Of a stretch of 20,000 nt of DNA, positions 18,004 through 20,000 are shown piece by piece. A model generated the notes under the pieces. That model was not told the DNA's origin. It was given only the letters and a program-made list of their open reading frames with translations, and made no database searches. Every line of letters starts with the position of its first letter. The stretch's first letter is position 1. Made by a program: the position numbers and the translations under genes. This stretch comes from Malassezia furfur (Eukaryota), in the NCBI GenBank assembly GCA_052055015.1, contig JBQJIT010000006.1, one strand, 5' to 3'.

Positions 18004-19788
18004 ATGGCTATTACAAGTCTCCAACATCGAGATTCAGTCCTGGATCCTGCTCATCCAGCGCTGCCCTCTCGTTATGATTTTCCGTCCAAACCGGACTACA
18101 GTCACGAGCGCGACGCCCTCTCCCCTCTGGTTCACCATTCACACAGCCGCGAGCCTGTCTCTCTCCAGCAGCGGGCATCGGGAGACAAGCTAGCACCGAT
18201 CTGGCCGCACCACGAGATGAAGCCCGACCAGAGCCCCGTATCCAGTGAGGAGGACTCTCCGCCGCCTCAGCGCCGCCTGTCGCGGACGCCGCCCGAACGT
18301 GAGGAGCCTGCGCGTGCGAAGCGTGCACATCGCTCGTCACCGACGATGCGTCAGAGCGACTGCACACATCCCGCCGTCGGCTCGTGCCCCGGCGATGGAC
18401 TGTGCAACGGCATGGGTGGTACATCGAGCTGTGACGGGTGCCCGACGTATAACAACGTTATCGTCCAGTCATCTACGACGCCGCCCGGCTCGGCGAGTGG
18501 GCAGGAGGGCGCCGCGGCGTCCGAGTCGACCGACAAGAAGCTTGCGTCTGCCACGGCGCCGGGCGCCGAGTCGCGTGGCACGAGCCAGTCATCGAGCCAA
18601 ACGGCGCCCTCGTCCGATACAGCCAACGGCGGTGCGGACAAGACGGAACAAGGCGCCCGCCCGGCCATTGAGGCGCTGCGCTGCACCAACTGCCAGACGA
18701 CCACGACGCCGCTGTGGCGCCGCGACGAGGACGGCAACAACATCTGCAATGCGTGTGGTCTTTACCACAAACTACACGGTACGCATCGTCCGATTGGGAT
18801 GCGCAAAACGGTTATCAAGCGGCGCAAGCGCCTCACGAATAGCGGTGCAAACCACGGCAACGCACATGCACACCACTCGAACGCGGGCAATGCGACTGCC
18901 TCGCCCAGCGGCAGCGGCAGCAACACCAACACCGCTGCTGCGGTGCCTGTGCGCAATGCGCCGTCGGCGGGCGTCTCGCCCGTGAGCATGCGCGGGACGC
19001 CTGCGCACACGAACGACGGGGGTGCCTACGCGCGTGCGGAGCGTGATCGCGAAGCGGCCATGGTCCTCATGGAGGTCGGCACGACGCGCTGGGGCAAGCC
19101 GCCGGTGCAGGCGCGGCACGGCGTGCGCGTGCCGCCGGCGTCGGCGCCGTCGGTGTCGAGTGCGTACGGTGCGCCGCGCAGTGCGCCGAACAGTGCCGCG
19201 GCGTACGCACTGGACGAGGCCGAGGAGGCGGCACTGCTGCAGCAGCGCGCCGCCGAGCATTCGCCCGCGTTTGCCGGACAGTCGCCCGTGCACGCCGACC
19301 GGCGTCTGGCGTCCGAGGCCGAGTACGCGGCGAGTATGGCCCACTCGAATGCGATGGGCATGCACACGCGCATGTATCCTGCCTCGGGTGCGTACGCGGC
19401 CGGCGCGATACCCTATTCCCACGCGATGCGCCTGTCGGAGCTCGAGCGTTTGCGCGACGAGCTGTACCTCGAGCGGAGCCGGCTGAACGACGTGCTGGAG
19501 CGCACCGAGATGGCGCTCGCCGATGCGCGGCGGATGCGCTACCCCGCGCCGCGCATGCGCAAGGCGTCGCCGGGCGACCTGGGCGAAGCCGAGTCGCTGC
19601 ACGTCTCGCGCGTGCACTCGGATGCGCCGTACGAGGACGCGGCGTACTCTACTCCACCCCTTCACGCGCAGGACGTCGGCGTCGAGACCAAGCATTTGTC
19701 GGACCTATCGGACATGCGCGGAGCGCCCGGCGCGGTGGCGACGCCCGCGTCGGTCGTGTCGGCGTGGCGCGCGCGCGATGCGCGCTGA
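18004..19788 (+). CDS. Iron-responsive GATA transcription factor of the SreA/Urbs1/Fep1/Cir1 family, single zinc finger (594 aa)
   Basis: Cys-rich iron-sensing region [26 protein letters not shown], followed by the GATA finger [50 protein letters not shown], and a C-terminal coiled-coil-like segment [29 protein letters not shown]. Confidence 0.9.
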   Translation: MAITSLQHRDSVLDPAHPALPSRYDFPSKPDYSHERDALSPLVHHSHSREPVSLQQRASGDKLAPIWPHHEMKPDQSPVSSEEDSPPPQRRLSRTPPEREEPARAKRAHRSSPTMRQSDCTHPAVGSCPGDGLCNGMGGTSSCDGCPTYNNVIVQSSTTPPGSASGQEGAAASESTDKKLASATAPGAESRGTSQSSSQTAPSSDTANGGADKTEQGARPAIEALRCTNCQTTTTPLWRRDEDGNNICNACGLYHKLHGTHRPIGMRKTVIKRRKRLTNSGANHGNAHAHHSNAGNATASPSGSGSNTNTAAAVPVRNAPSAGVSPVSMRGTPAHTNDGGAYARAERDREAAMVLMEVGTTRWGKPPVQARHGVRVPPASAPSVSSAYGAPRSAPNSAAAYALDEAEEAALLQQRAAEHSPAFAGQSPVHADRRLASEAEYAASMAHSNAMGMHTRMYPASGAYAAGAIPYSHAMRLSELERLRDELYLERSRLNDVLERTEMALADARRMRYPAPRMRKASPGDLGEAESLHVSRVHSDAPYEDAAYSTPPLHAQDVGVETKHLSDLSDMRGAPGAVATPASVVSAWRARDAR

Positions 19789-19829
19789 CACCCGTTGAAT
19801 AGCTGCATATGGTGCCTCCTCTCTCTATA

Positions 19830-20000
19830 TTATAGCTCTACATGGTTTACGCGGTGTTTGAGCGCGTCGAGCTCGTGCTCGAGGTGGGTGACGGAGCGCT
19901 GGATGCCGCGGTGCTCGGAGGACATGCGCTGCAGCACATTCTCTTTGCTCGCCTCGCCGTGCGCCGTGGGCGCCGCGGTGGGCGCCGCGGCGGGCGCGGC
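19830..20000 (-). CDS. 3' end of a gene entering from beyond the window (partial; ...AAPTAAPTAHGEASKENVLQRMSSEHRGIQRSVTHLEHELDALKHRVNHVEL*)
   Basis: Open frame from the window edge to TAA at 19830-19832, with GC3-rich codons and a heptad-like C-terminus. It converges on the GATA factor gene. Product unknown. Confidence 0.6.
   Translation of the reverse strand, partial: AAPAAAPTAAPTAHGEASKENVLQRMSSEHRGIQRSVTHLEHELDALKHRVNHVEL

Noticed and set aside
18772..19695. 307-aa minus-strand ORF and other overlapping ORFs in the GATA factor and CDC16 genes
   Set aside because: Expected stop-codon scarcity in very GC-rich coding DNA. The translations are R/A/G-rich with no motifs.
5379..19788. Cryptic peroxisomal targeting by stop-codon readthrough (TGA CTA), as known in Ustilago
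   Set aside because: None of the predicted stop codons has the TGA-CTA context.
5910..19788. An 'iron cluster' (heme b5-ACAD, Fe-S MutY, iron GATA factor)
   Set aside because: The genes are interspersed with unrelated housekeeping genes, and I saw no shared ATCWGATAA-type motif. Most likely coincidence.
19966..20000. 12-bp GC-rich tandem repeat (gtgggcgccgcg)
   Set aside because: It encodes an AAPT low-complexity linker in the partial minus-strand CDS. Not a CRISPR array or mobile-element end.

Overview
Eukaryotic, extremely gene-dense fungal DNA. The small intergenic spaces, tiny GT-AG introns with CTRAC/CTYAC branch points and basidiomycete-type proteins suggest a Malassezia-like yeast (inference). 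Splicing by hand gives 13 complete genes and one partial gene: an ALYREF/Yra1-type mRNA export adaptor, Hpc2/ubinuclein, a peroxisomal (AKL) sarcosine/pipecolate/fructosyl-amino-acid oxidase-family flavoprotein, a small basic protein, a cytochrome b5-acyl-CoA dehydrogenase fusion, Arl2/Cin4, AP-3 sigma, a secreted RlpA/expansin-like protein, MutY, Cdc16/Apc6, Fes1, an 84-aa predicted dual-lipidated microprotein whose N-terminus the ORF track misses, an iron-responsive GATA factor with only one zinc finger, and the 3' end of a minus-strand gene. I found no mobile elements, CRISPR arrays, tRNA or rRNA, and no clearly new multi-gene system. The most notable signals are 23 frame-consistent introns of 23-57 nt (two of only 23 nt), two convergent genes whose stop codons abut with 0 bp between them, the splice-dependent MGSCFS microprotein sharing a heat-shock-element promoter with FES1, and the Cir1-like single-finger iron regulator.
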